DNA from: Eubacteriales bacterium
GTDB lineage: Bacteria > Bacillota > Clostridia > Oscillospirales > CAG-272
Assembly: GCA_045632205.1 (NCBI GenBank)
Contig: JAZQWH010000192.1
Location: 361-64,360, forward strand
DNA length: 64,000 bases
Direction: 5' to 3'
The notes under the pieces are model-generated. The model saw nothing but the letters and a program-made list of their open reading frames with translations. It searched no databases and was not told the origin of the DNA. Below, piece by piece: positions 18,034 through 27,984 of this stretch. Position numbers and translations under genes: made by a program. Within the stretch, counting starts at the first letter, position 1; the number at the start of each line of letters is the position of its first letter.

Positions 18034-21000
18034 AAACTTAATATGTAAGCGTATTTTGTCCTTTGTGATGGTTTTCGTCATGCTTGTTCCTTTTGCCGCG
18101 AGCGTATTTCCGTTAATCGCCTCGGCTGCCGAAGCCATAAATGAGGCAACCACCCCGACTGTCAGTCTTGCGTGGGATACGAGCACGGTTACTGTAACTG
18201 ACGGTGTGGCTACACCGTATAAGAACGCAAGCGCAACGGCAAGCTCATACACGATGAGCTATACCGTAACGGCAAGCGGTACGATCACCGCACCTGTTAC
18301 GGTAAGAGTACAGAGCTTTGATATCTCTGCTCAAGTCTCTGCCTATGGTATTCAAAGGGAATATGCGGGTGTTGATAACACCGTAACCTTGACGGCGCAA
18401 AATCCCACCGCTACGGGAACCGTGACGGTATACCGACATGAAGGCTATGCGACCAAGGTGACCGAAACGGGTGTGATCTATACCAAAGAATTTGGCTTGC
18501 GCATCACCGAGATCACCAATGCCAAAAAGCAGAGCGGCGCGGATACCCTCCGCGCACAGGTGCTTCCAAGGAACGGATATACGCTTGAAGTGTCCAAAAA
18601 CAGTCAGGGGCAGAATTACGGAGGCGGAACGGGTACTTTGCCAAATTCTTACGTGTATACCGATATGGCAAAGCAATATGCCTCCGGCACCATTTCTTAT
18701 ACGGTTGGCCATCAAGAGACCGTTACCGGTGTCATCGATCCGTATTCCGTACTGAAGGCGCAAAATTCTCGTTCCTTAAACGCTTTGCTTGGTGATTTCC
18801 ATTACGGCGTGGACGTTTATTTTAACGGTCAGTGCTATGTTACGTCAAAACAGAACGTAGCAGGTCAGCGGGCAGGCTTGACCTTTAAAATCTGGGAGTA
18901 CTTTGATGAACAAACCGGAACCCAGGTGGCGTATAACGATTACGGTGACAAGAACTACCGAGACGGATTTACCTTCAATTGGGACGTTGCACATGAGTTG
19001 ATTGCCGAGCAGGAAAACGCCACGGCTGCCGCTTATCATAGAGGAACTTCCTATGACGGCGACTATATCCGAGCGCGTTATTGGGATAGGAGTCTGTATA
19101 AATACAGCTTTTATAACAAGGAAGATGCGGCATGGAACAAATCCGAAAAGCCGGTGACGATGAAATACTCGGTCATTCTCGCGAACTCCCAAGATGTATC
19201 CGTTCGTTCCTATCATATAGAGGACAGGGCATACGGAGCGGGAGATACGGTGTATTTGACCATACTCTTTGACCGTCCTATGCAGATCGCACACAATGAT
19301 GCGCATCCGCTTCAAATTCAGGCAAAAATCGGAGATTCTACCGCAAACTATTTTACCTATTGCGGTGGTAATATGACCGATACCTTGATTTTTTCTATGG
19401 TATTACCTGAAGACCGTGAGATTTACGGAAGCAAAATTGAGCTTATAGGCTTTTCCAACGAGGATTACAACAACACGGTTGTCGATCTGTTCTGGAACAA
19501 GGCGAATAAGAACAATATGTGGAATCTCGAGGATTCCAAGGTGAAAGGACAAACGCTTGCCTGCACGGTAGACACCAGAACTCCCGACATTACTGTACAA
19601 AATATTGTAGGCAACTCCGGAACGGTAAAGTCGGCTTCGTTCAACGTAACCGTTGCCGATATCACGAACAAAGGTAAAATAGAGGTTGCGTGGACAAAGG
19701 AAGAAGCTCCGCCAACTGCATCGGATGCTTGGTCGAGTGTAACGTTTTCGGCAGACGGCGACGACAAAACCACTGTCAGCATAGAAAAGAAAGGCCTGAC
19801 GGGAGTGTATTACGCTCACATAAGAGTAACGAGCGTCTCCGGCAATCAAAGCTTCCAGACCGTCGGTCCGTTCTCCTTTGACAATCAATCGCCTACGATT
19901 TCCAACCTTCGTCTGACTAACGGTGATCACGCGCAAAAATACCTAAAGGAGCACACGTTACTTTTCAACATTTCCGACGTTTCGATCGGTGTGGACAAGG
20001 TATATATGAAGGCGCGACACACGGACGAGGACAAGGGGCTTGCAGGCGGAGTCGATGAGCTTCTTGTATATGACAGCGCCTCGCCGAGCAATCTGTTAAG
20101 CATTACGGGCGACACGGCGGAGATCAAAGTGCTGTCGTCAATGCTTGACCTTGCCGCAGATGCCTACGATGCGTATGTTATTGAATTTTACGCTGTTGAT
20201 AAGCTTGGAAATCAAAGCGATATTTATCAATTTGCAGATGCGTTGATGTTTGATAACCGAAACACCTTTGCCGCATCGCTCGATACCGCATCGGATATCT
20301 CTATAAAAGGAAAACAGATTTATTATAATGATAAAACACTGAAGTTTTCTCACTCGGAATCGGGTAGTAATACGTGGGTGATGGATTCTCTGAAATACAA
20401 CGGCGTTGACATCACCGACAAGCTTGACGAAAACGGAATCCGCGGAAGCGCTGACAATGGCAATAAGACGTATTATTTGACGCTGAACGAAAACGTTCAA
20501 GGATACATCGAGATCGTCTTCAAGCTCAACGGTGAGCGCGGATCTAACGTAATCAATTTTTACGTTACGAGCAAAGAGGTGAATTCGCCAAACTATCAAA
20601 AGCTCTATGCTCCCAACCGATTGCTGATCAATGAAGTATGGCAGCTTTCCACGGCTACCTTCTATTCGGGAAATAACCGAAGCGGAAGCTACTATGTGGG
20701 AACAAATCTCAAGCCGATCTTTTCCGGCAAGGATAAGGCGCTTGACTACGCAAAGTTCTTTGAAAAGCAGGATATCGTCATCGAGTATATCGACGACGAG
20801 GTTGAAAAAAACAATCTGGAGGGTGGCTGGATCAGTAATTACAGAAAAGCGGAATCCGATAAGGATAAGGTAGTAGCTGTAGGCCAAACGTGGCTTCGAT
20901 ATAAGAGCAATGCTTGGACGCTTGACTCAAACAACGAAGAGCATTGGGTATATTATTTTTACTCAAACGAAAGGGTAACGGCGATTGATCCGGTTCTGAC

Positions 21001-24000
21001 CCCTGCGTTGAATGCAGCGATCGACCGCAACGCAAAGCTGATCTGTAATTACAACGGCGATAACCGTATCTATCTGACGGCAAACAACACGTCAAAGGGG
21101 TATGTCAATTCTTATAGCGAGCCCTATTACGATGCCCGCGGAATCTTAACCGAAGCACTTTCTTATCAAGAAATTTACAGTTACGATATAACCATCTCGG
21201 CGGATAATAGCATCTATGATAGCTTCATTACCTACAACGAGCTGCAGATACCTCTTGTTGCGAACTACAAATTCAGTATTGACAGCTTACAGCACGGATT
21301 TGTATATTACAGACAACACGGCACGGAGGAATGGTTGCCGCTGGCAAACGGCGAGTCCTTCAAGGATAAGCTGAAGGCATCGGGATTGTACGAGATCTGC
21401 GAGTTTGGAAACGGATATATGACGTATCTCGTTTACGTGGATCTGGACGCTCCCGTAATATCCTATGATCTTACGGTGGACGGAGCAACCAAAGCGGGAT
21501 ATATCACGTCCGACACCTCGGGCGGAACGCTTCGAGCTTCTAAATTCACAGTAAAAGAGCTTTTGAACAGCGTTTCCGGCGGTCTTCCCGTAGAGCGCGA
21601 CAGATGGGCATATTTTTACATTCTTTATAGCTCTCTTGGCGGCGGTGAGCATGCGTTTATGACGATGACCGACCTCAACAGAGCCAAATACGAGCTAAGC
21701 ACGGGAATCTATAAAATATACGCCTGCGACCGTCTCGGTAATATGGTCGTGCAGACCATCAAGATCAACACCGAGGACATCAATGTTACGGGAAAGGTCA
21801 GCACATCGGGACTGACGGTCACGTCAAACCGAGCTCCTGCAGACATTATGCCGGGAACGTTTAAGGTATGGCGCGATAATATGCTTTTGTCTGACGAAAC
21901 CTACTCGCAGAGTATGACGTTCTCTCAAAGCGGAGTTTACCAAATTGAGTTTGAGGACGTTTACGGAAACTTCGTAAATGAGACCTTTACATTCAGACGT
22001 GATCTCCCCGTAGTCACTTTCTCGCGTGAAAAGAAAGAGGGAACTTCATTATATGAGACGATCACTGTAAATTCGGAAGACAAGAACAAGCTTTCAAGCG
22101 TTGTCAGCGAGGATAACCAGCTATTTACCGTCTCCACGTCGGCAAACATCAGGATATCTTATCCCGTAAGCAGCGGATATGCTTTTGAGTTTATAGGCGG
22201 TGAGCCTGAATACAAGAGCTCTATCCTTTCTACTACAAATATTGATATAAAAAGCACTTCAAAAAATTGGACGTTAAAGATCTTCTACAAAAACGATCCC
22301 GACGTATATATCCATGTTACCTGTATCGTGGACAAGGATGCACCTGTCATAAGCGGTTCGGTGCTTGCCAAGGAATATACGTATAACGACCAGACGGGCG
22401 CAAGAGATAACGTTCTGTTTACCCCCACAGGAAACACCGCAAGCAGTATCTTTTACAGCGGTGAGAGTGCCGTTGGAGACAGCGCAGTGATCTCTTGGAC
22501 AGACGAAACCAGGGTCGCAAGTATCTCGTATTCCTTCAACGGCGGTGAAAAGATCACCGTGAATCCTTCTGTCGGAAGCCTGACGCTTCCCGAAAACGGA
22601 AATTACGTATTTGAGGCAGAGGACCTTTTCGGAAACAAGTCTACTTTTGCGTTTACATTGACCGATCATATTGATTTCAATCTTATGATCGGTGGCAAGG
22701 AACAAACGGTCGACTATGAGTCCGAAAAATATATCGACGGAAACAGATATACGCAAACACTCTATGTGGGTAAGGAAACACAGCTCATCTTAAAGGAAAA
22801 TGCTCTTCTGGCATTGTACTATACGGATGGCAGCAAGAGCTTCCTCTATAACCTTGAATATGAGGTAAAGGACGGGAAGGCAGCTCTGCTCATTTATGCC
22901 TTTGATGCAGCAACCGGAGAGTCTATCGTTATCGAAAACGGAGAGATCGACTTGGCGTCAAGCGGAAAGATCTTTGACGGAGATATCGTTATCAACTATA
23001 CGTATCAAAACGGTGTTCTGACGTTGATCCTTCCAAAATGCGAAAAAACGTATGAGCTGTGGCAGCTTCGCATTTCCGATTTTACCGGTCACAGCCCCGT
23101 GGTCGTTCAGATCGAACGGTCTGACAAGGTTTCCGAAATGGAAATTTCCCGCGAGGACGGTACGAAGCTGGATCTCTCCTATAACGGCTTTGTAGGAAGC
23201 AATCAAAAGCTGACCTTGGAAAGCTCTTCCATATCCGAGGATACCGTCGAAATCGTCGCGTATTACTCCGCAACCTATACGGAGAGCTTTGCGAACGCAG
23301 AAAAAATCGTTCTCTACGGTCAGGGAGCAATATCTTCTCTCGAAAAGGAAGGATATTACAAGATCCTTGCTACCAACAAATACGGAAATGAACGAGTAAT
23401 CTACGTTGCGCTAAGCTTTAAACTCTCGCTTGACGTACATATTGAGTACGACAAGATAGACAACCGCACACAAACGCTGAATATCCCCGATACATATTCG
23501 ATCTTCTCCAACAAATCAGTGAATATCGTCATATGGGATACAAGAGCAACCGTTGTTTGCTTAAAGAACGGTGTGGCGTTTGACGTTGAGATAACAGAAG
23601 AAAACGGATATCTTGGATTTTCCTTGACGGAGGTTGGAGAATACACCGTTACGGTAAGTGACGAGAGCGGAAACGTATATATTCTTTCCGTATCGATCAA
23701 AGAACCCGAAACGCTTACGTACGACGGATTCCTTACGGGATTTAACGAAAATGCATTAAAGAGGGAAGAGAATTATACCAACGGAGCATTAAGTCTTGAT
23801 AAGGCAAGGATTGAAGCGAACGGCATCAAATACGTTGCGTTCCGCAAGGTTGGTACAAATGAATTTGCGGTGCTCTACGATCTGATCAACGTAATCCCAA
23901 CGGAATACAGTGAAGCTACCTTTAACGGTAGTATCGGAAAAGAGGACGGAGAGTATGAGGTATGGTTCTGCGATGCCTACGGAAACCTGCACGTAGAGAC

Positions 24001-25342
24001 CGTAAGGATATCCCGAAAGCCCTTGCTCTCAATCAACCGTCAAACGCAGGACGCAACAAAACCGTCGGCATACGATTTTGAGTTTGCCCTGCAAAACGGC
24101 GCGTGGTCGAATTACGAATTGACCTTTATCAACACCTCGGAAAAATATTTGCTGATGATTGACGGAGCAATAGCAAGCTTCACAAACGGCAAGTACACCT
24201 TCACCCTTCCCTCAAATCTTGGGGGGGCAGAGCAATCTTACGTTCTCTGCTACGTTGACGATTACGGAAACAGCTATGAGATCAGGATTCATCTCTACCG
24301 TTACGTTCCCGAATCATTCGTTGCGGAAAATGCGGATACTGTTACACATGGTGGCACGTTATTTGTAAAGAGTGATTTCTCAATGACGTGGGGGGATCGG
24401 ATCACCGCAACCTATTCCTTGAACGGCGATTCCGCAATCCCATTCGATCAATCCACGGTATTTACCGAGGACGGCGAATACACCCTTGTGTTCACCGACT
24501 ATGCGGGAAATACCTCCACGCGTATTATGGTAAAGGATTCCAGGGTGCTATATGATATGGCAAGCGACGGATTCGTTCTGTATAATGGCGCTGTGGTTTC
24601 CTCAAAGGTCTCCCTTTCCCCCGACGAGGAGCTTACCTTTACCGCCACAAGGAACGGTGAAGCATACGTCACCGAAACGAGAAGCTTCACGGAGGACGGA
24701 CACTACGTCGTAACGCTTACCGACCGCATTGGAAACGTATCGTATTTTGAATTTACCATATACTCCAAGGCAAAGCAGAGCTTTACGTTTACCGTTCCCG
24801 ACGGATATTCCTTCTCGCAGATCTGGTACATCACGGACGGACACAGAGTGTCGCTGGTAAGTAATGTGGTCTTGAATGAAAACGGTTCTCAAAGCTATAC
24901 CTTCTCTACCGACGGAGTATATGAGATCGAGCTGCTTCATACGGCAAGCAATCAGATCTGTTATTTTACGCTTAACGTAGACAACGTTCCGCCCGAGGCC
25001 TTGCTTGTCGGCGCGGAAAACGGAAGCGTAACAAGAAACAACGTAACCCTTGAAGGATTGAAAAACGGAGATATGATCTACGTTTATAAAAACGGGGCGC
25101 TTGTTTCGACGTATATCGTTGAGGGTAATTCCGAGACTGTTCTTGAGTTGCTCAGCAACGGTGATTTCGGAAGCTACTCCGTGGTCATTCAGGATGAAGC
25201 CGGAAACTCGGTAACACACGAATTTACCAAGGAGTTCGCTACCAATACCTTTTCCAATATCTTTATCTGCTTGCTCCTCGTATCATTCGGGGCAATCGGT
25301 ATCATTTACATCCGTTTCAACGGCAAAGTCCGAACAAAATAA
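18020..25342 (+). CDS. Giant surface protein (2441 aa) with signal peptide, repeated Ig-like-type modules and a C-terminal TM anchor
   Basis: RBS gggagga precedes ATG 18020, which overlaps the T4CP stop. N-terminal signal-like sequence FVMVFVMLVPFAASVFPLIASAAEA. At least 11 strict GxYxhxxxDxxGN motifs. C-terminal FICLLLVSFGAIGIIYIRFNGKVRTK with no LPXTG. Confidence 0.8.
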   Translation: MKQHKNLICKRILSFVMVFVMLVPFAASVFPLIASAAEAINEATTPTVSLAWDTSTVTVTDGVATPYKNASATASSYTMSYTVTASGTITAPVTVRVQSFDISAQVSAYGIQREYAGVDNTVTLTAQNPTATGTVTVYRHEGYATKVTETGVIYTKEFGLRITEITNAKKQSGADTLRAQVLPRNGYTLEVSKNSQGQNYGGGTGTLPNSYVYTDMAKQYASGTISYTVGHQETVTGVIDPYSVLKAQNSRSLNALLGDFHYGVDVYFNGQCYVTSKQNVAGQRAGLTFKIWEYFDEQTGTQVAYNDYGDKNYRDGFTFNWDVAHELIAEQENATAAAYHRGTSYDGDYIRARYWDRSLYKYSFYNKEDAAWNKSEKPVTMKYSVILANSQDVSVRSYHIEDRAYGAGDTVYLTILFDRPMQIAHNDAHPLQIQAKIGDSTANYFTYCGGNMTDTLIFSMVLPEDREIYGSKIELIGFSNEDYNNTVVDLFWNKANKNNMWNLEDSKVKGQTLACTVDTRTPDITVQNIVGNSGTVKSASFNVTVADITNKGKIEVAWTKEEAPPTASDAWSSVTFSADGDDKTTVSIEKKGLTGVYYAHIRVTSVSGNQSFQTVGPFSFDNQSPTISNLRLTNGDHAQKYLKEHTLLFNISDVSIGVDKVYMKARHTDEDKGLAGGVDELLVYDSASPSNLLSITGDTAEIKVLSSMLDLAADAYDAYVIEFYAVDKLGNQSDIYQFADALMFDNRNTFAASLDTASDISIKGKQIYYNDKTLKFSHSESGSNTWVMDSLKYNGVDITDKLDENGIRGSADNGNKTYYLTLNENVQGYIEIVFKLNGERGSNVINFYVTSKEVNSPNYQKLYAPNRLLINEVWQLSTATFYSGNNRSGSYYVGTNLKPIFSGKDKALDYAKFFEKQDIVIEYIDDEVEKNNLEGGWISNYRKAESDKDKVVAVGQTWLRYKSNAWTLDSNNEEHWVYYFYSNERVTAIDPVLTPALNAAIDRNAKLICNYNGDNRIYLTANNTSKGYVNSYSEPYYDARGILTEALSYQEIYSYDITISADNSIYDSFITYNELQIPLVANYKFSIDSLQHGFVYYRQHGTEEWLPLANGESFKDKLKASGLYEICEFGNGYMTYLVYVDLDAPVISYDLTVDGATKAGYITSDTSGGTLRASKFTVKELLNSVSGGLPVERDRWAYFYILYSSLGGGEHAFMTMTDLNRAKYELSTGIYKIYACDRLGNMVVQTIKINTEDINVTGKVSTSGLTVTSNRAPADIMPGTFKVWRDNMLLSDETYSQSMTFSQSGVYQIEFEDVYGNFVNETFTFRRDLPVVTFSREKKEGTSLYETITVNSEDKNKLSSVVSEDNQLFTVSTSANIRISYPVSSGYAFEFIGGEPEYKSSILSTTNIDIKSTSKNWTLKIFYKNDPDVYIHVTCIVDKDAPVISGSVLAKEYTYNDQTGARDNVLFTPTGNTASSIFYSGESAVGDSAVISWTDETRVASISYSFNGGEKITVNPSVGSLTLPENGNYVFEAEDLFGNKSTFAFTLTDHIDFNLMIGGKEQTVDYESEKYIDGNRYTQTLYVGKETQLILKENALLALYYTDGSKSFLYNLEYEVKDGKAALLIYAFDAATGESIVIENGEIDLASSGKIFDGDIVINYTYQNGVLTLILPKCEKTYELWQLRISDFTGHSPVVVQIERSDKVSEMEISREDGTKLDLSYNGFVGSNQKLTLESSSISEDTVEIVAYYSATYTESFANAEKIVLYGQGAISSLEKEGYYKILATNKYGNERVIYVALSFKLSLDVHIEYDKIDNRTQTLNIPDTYSIFSNKSVNIVIWDTRATVVCLKNGVAFDVEITEENGYLGFSLTEVGEYTVTVSDESGNVYILSVSIKEPETLTYDGFLTGFNENALKREENYTNGALSLDKARIEANGIKYVAFRKVGTNEFAVLYDLINVIPTEYSEATFNGSIGKEDGEYEVWFCDAYGNLHVETVRISRKPLLSINRQTQDATKPSAYDFEFALQNGAWSNYELTFINTSEKYLLMIDGAIASFTNGKYTFTLPSNLGGAEQSYVLCYVDDYGNSYEIRIHLYRYVPESFVAENADTVTHGGTLFVKSDFSMTWGDRITATYSLNGDSAIPFDQSTVFTEDGEYTLVFTDYAGNTSTRIMVKDSRVLYDMASDGFVLYNGAVVSSKVSLSPDEELTFTATRNGEAYVTETRSFTEDGHYVVTLTDRIGNVSYFEFTIYSKAKQSFTFTVPDGYSFSQIWYITDGHRVSLVSNVVLNENGSQSYTFSTDGVYEIELLHTASNQICYFTLNVDNVPPEALLVGAENGSVTRNNVTLEGLKNGDMIYVYKNGALVSTYIVEGNSETVLELLSNGDFGSYSVVIQDEAGNSVTHEFTKEFATNTFSNIFICLLLVSFGAIGIIYIRFNGKVRTK

Positions 25343-25374
25343 AAATTAACAAAAAATAAAAAGGAGTTATTCAC

Positions 25375-25683
25375 ATGAAAAACTTGATTTACGCACTGGC
25401 AATCGATGAGGTACAAGCAAATGAAATGGTCAGCCCTGTCATGGAGCTGATTCAGGTATTTATTCCCGTTATTCTCACGCTCGTGGCAACCGTAGGCTTT
25501 ATCTGGTGTATCGTTCTCGGCGTAAAGTTCGCAAAGTCCACAGATCCCCAGGAGCATCAGCAGGCAAAGAAGTCCTTGATCAATGCCATTATCGGTTTTG
25601 TTCTGATCTTCGTTTTAATGCTGGTTCTTCACATCGCGTTCCCCTATTTCCTTGAAATGGTCAAGGGTGTATCTAAGTTCTGA
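25375..25683 (+). CDS. Small two-TM membrane protein, VirB2/TrbC-like topology (tentative)
   Basis: 102 aa, RBS aaggag. Two hydrophobic helices separated by a charged loop (KFAKSTDPQEHQQAKK). Confidence 0.5.
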   Translation: MKNLIYALAIDEVQANEMVSPVMELIQVFIPVILTLVATVGFIWCIVLGVKFAKSTDPQEHQQAKKSLINAIIGFVLIFVLMLVLHIAFPYFLEMVKGVSKF

Positions 25684-25697
25684 GTTCTGATTTCAGA

Positions 25698-26441
25698 ATG
25701 AAGCTACTTTGTAAGCTGACCGCGCTTGCGGTCTGCGTCGCTCTTCTTCTCTCCCTCGCCTCCTGCGCAGACTTTGGCGCGGGAGAGAATGAGGACGATT
25801 TCAAAAAATATTTTTCCGGCGTTTACGTTTTGTCTAAAAGTGGGGCGGAAAAATACTCTATTGAAGATTTTAACCGTGATATCCACATGGAAGATATGGA
25901 TATTCCCATTGTAGTTCCGTACAATGAGTATTGTTATATCGGCTTTCGGGTGTCCGAGGAATATACGTTATCCCTCTCTGAGTTTGCTTTCTTTGCGAAA
26001 ACCCAAAATGGAGAAGGTGAGCTTGAGCTGGAGTTTTACATCACTGACAAGATGCCCACAAGCATCAAGGACAATGACGGAAACGACGTAGAGATGCCGG
26101 GGCTTGACGAGGGGGAAACGCAAACGCCGCCGGAAAGCGATGCGAACAGCGAAACAAATAGCGATGGTGAAACGGAAACGGAAACAGAAATCCGCGAGGA
26201 GGATCTGTTTATTCCCGCAAATAAAATTCACACCGCTACCTTTTCTGTTGGAGAGGAATGGGATTCGGTTTTGTTGGAATTTGATGCCTCAAAAACAATA
26301 GAGCCGAAGCAATACGTTATCGTACGCGTGGGCAACAACTGTTATTTTTCATCCGATGACGAGGAAGAAGAAAAAACACCTTCGGTATCCTTTACATTCA
26401 ATTATTTATTGTTTCATATTACGGATGCTCACAAAAAATAA
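25698..26441 (+). CDS. Lipoprotein with acidic T/E-rich linker
   Basis: Lipobox LSLASC after a hydrophobic signal. Low-complexity DEGETQTPPESDANSETNSDGETETETE. Confidence 0.7.
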   Translation: MKLLCKLTALAVCVALLLSLASCADFGAGENEDDFKKYFSGVYVLSKSGAEKYSIEDFNRDIHMEDMDIPIVVPYNEYCYIGFRVSEEYTLSLSEFAFFAKTQNGEGELELEFYITDKMPTSIKDNDGNDVEMPGLDEGETQTPPESDANSETNSDGETETETEIREEDLFIPANKIHTATFSVGEEWDSVLLEFDASKTIEPKQYVIVRVGNNCYFSSDDEEEEKTPSVSFTFNYLLFHITDAHKK

Positions 26442-26452
26442 GGAGCAAATTT

Positions 26453-27967
26453 ATGTTTAATTGGTTTTGGGAATTTTTATACGGACTGATCAAGGTTCCG
26501 CTGTTTTGCATCGATATTATCATTATGATCGCTCGCAAGCTGTGTGGTATTGATCCCGTTCAGATAGAAAAGGAAGTAAACGGTGAGATCGTTACGGAGG
26601 ACGTGGATCTTTTGACCTACTTTATGCAGGGCGAAACGATACTGAACGCCTTTGGTTACGTCTGCCTGTTCGGTTTTATTCTTCTGTTTCTGTTTACGGC
26701 ATTTCGAATTACACGGGATCAATTGACCTTTTACGAGAAAAAATCCCCCATTCGTATTTGCCTTGACTCCGCAAAGATCATTCTTTTCTTTTTACTTGTT
26801 CCGGCTATCATGATCGCGTCATCGGTATTCGTGTCCACGATCATGCGCGGAATATATGAGGCGACCGCCAACGGAAATAGCGGACTTGGAGGCTCTATGT
26901 TCACAATCTTCGCAAACGAAGCATACATAGGTCCGTCCGAGGACAAGAAAGCGGTGCTTGATGCCTTCAGAAGCTGTTCTCTTGAGGAGTATTTAACAGG
27001 TGTCAGTGAGTTTTCTTACTATAACACAGACAAGGTCGCCGATTTCTTCAAATTGAGTAAATTCAATTTCTTTTTGGGTCTCGTCGGATCTATCTCCGTG
27101 CTGATCCTTCTTGCGCTGACGTTACTTTCCTTTGTGGAGAGAGTTATCAGCCTCATTTTGTTGTTTGTCATTGCGCCGCTTCCCATAAGTGCATCCCCAC
27201 TTGACGACGGCGAACGCTTCAAAATGTGGCGAGAGCAGACAATCAACAAATTTATCACAGCATACGGCGGTATCCTCGCATTAAACATTTTTTCCTTAAT
27301 GCTTCCAATGATCGCAAATATCAATTTCTTTTCGGTTGGAGGAACAGGCGATAATCTTGTCAATGGAATTGCAAGATTGCTGTTCATCATAGGCGGAGCC
27401 TTCGCTTGCAGACGCGGAATGGTGCTGATAGGCAACCTTGTATCCCGCGGTGCGGGCTCGCAGGACCTTATGGACCAGAGTCATTTGACGGGCGGTATGG
27501 CGGCTCTCGCTCATATGGCAGGCGGAGTGATAAAAGGTGCTTTTGGCACAGTTACAGGCGCTGCAAAGGGCACCTTCAACAAGGGAAGATCTTGGCTGCA
27601 GGCTGCAGACGTTCCCACCAGCATTGCTGAGGGAATAAGAAAGCATACGCAGATGAAAAAAGAGCACGATGCCGAGGAGAGAAGAAATGCTGCAAACCGT
27701 TTTGACGGCAAAGTAGACCGTGGTGGCGCTCAGGGCGGTGCAAATTTACAGGCAGCAATGCAAGGAAAGACGGACGGTGGCTCTGCAAAGAATGTCCCCG
27801 ACAAGCCCGCCGCTGCACCTAATGCCGCAAAATCTCCCGCAAACAACGATAAGAATTCAGAAATGAATAAGAATGCGCAGACCGACATTAAGAATGCGCT
27901 TCAAAACAAAAAATCAGACGATGCTAACACAAAAGCAGACGATAACAAAGACAACACAACAAAGTGA
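26453..27967 (+). CDS. Polytopic membrane protein, VirB6/TrbL-like (tentative), with disordered C-terminal tail
   Basis: 504 aa, RBS aaggag, about 7-8 TM segments. The last ~130 aa are A/G/K/N/D-rich. It sits between the VirB2-like and VirB4-like genes. Confidence 0.55.
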   Translation: MFNWFWEFLYGLIKVPLFCIDIIIMIARKLCGIDPVQIEKEVNGEIVTEDVDLLTYFMQGETILNAFGYVCLFGFILLFLFTAFRITRDQLTFYEKKSPIRICLDSAKIILFFLLVPAIMIASSVFVSTIMRGIYEATANGNSGLGGSMFTIFANEAYIGPSEDKKAVLDAFRSCSLEEYLTGVSEFSYYNTDKVADFFKLSKFNFFLGLVGSISVLILLALTLLSFVERVISLILLFVIAPLPISASPLDDGERFKMWREQTINKFITAYGGILALNIFSLMLPMIANINFFSVGGTGDNLVNGIARLLFIIGGAFACRRGMVLIGNLVSRGAGSQDLMDQSHLTGGMAALAHMAGGVIKGAFGTVTGAAKGTFNKGRSWLQAADVPTSIAEGIRKHTQMKKEHDAEERRNAANRFDGKVDRGGAQGGANLQAAMQGKTDGGSAKNVPDKPAAAPNAAKSPANNDKNSEMNKNAQTDIKNALQNKKSDDANTKADDNKDNTTK

Positions 27968-27984
27968 GAGAGGAGGAGCGATAA

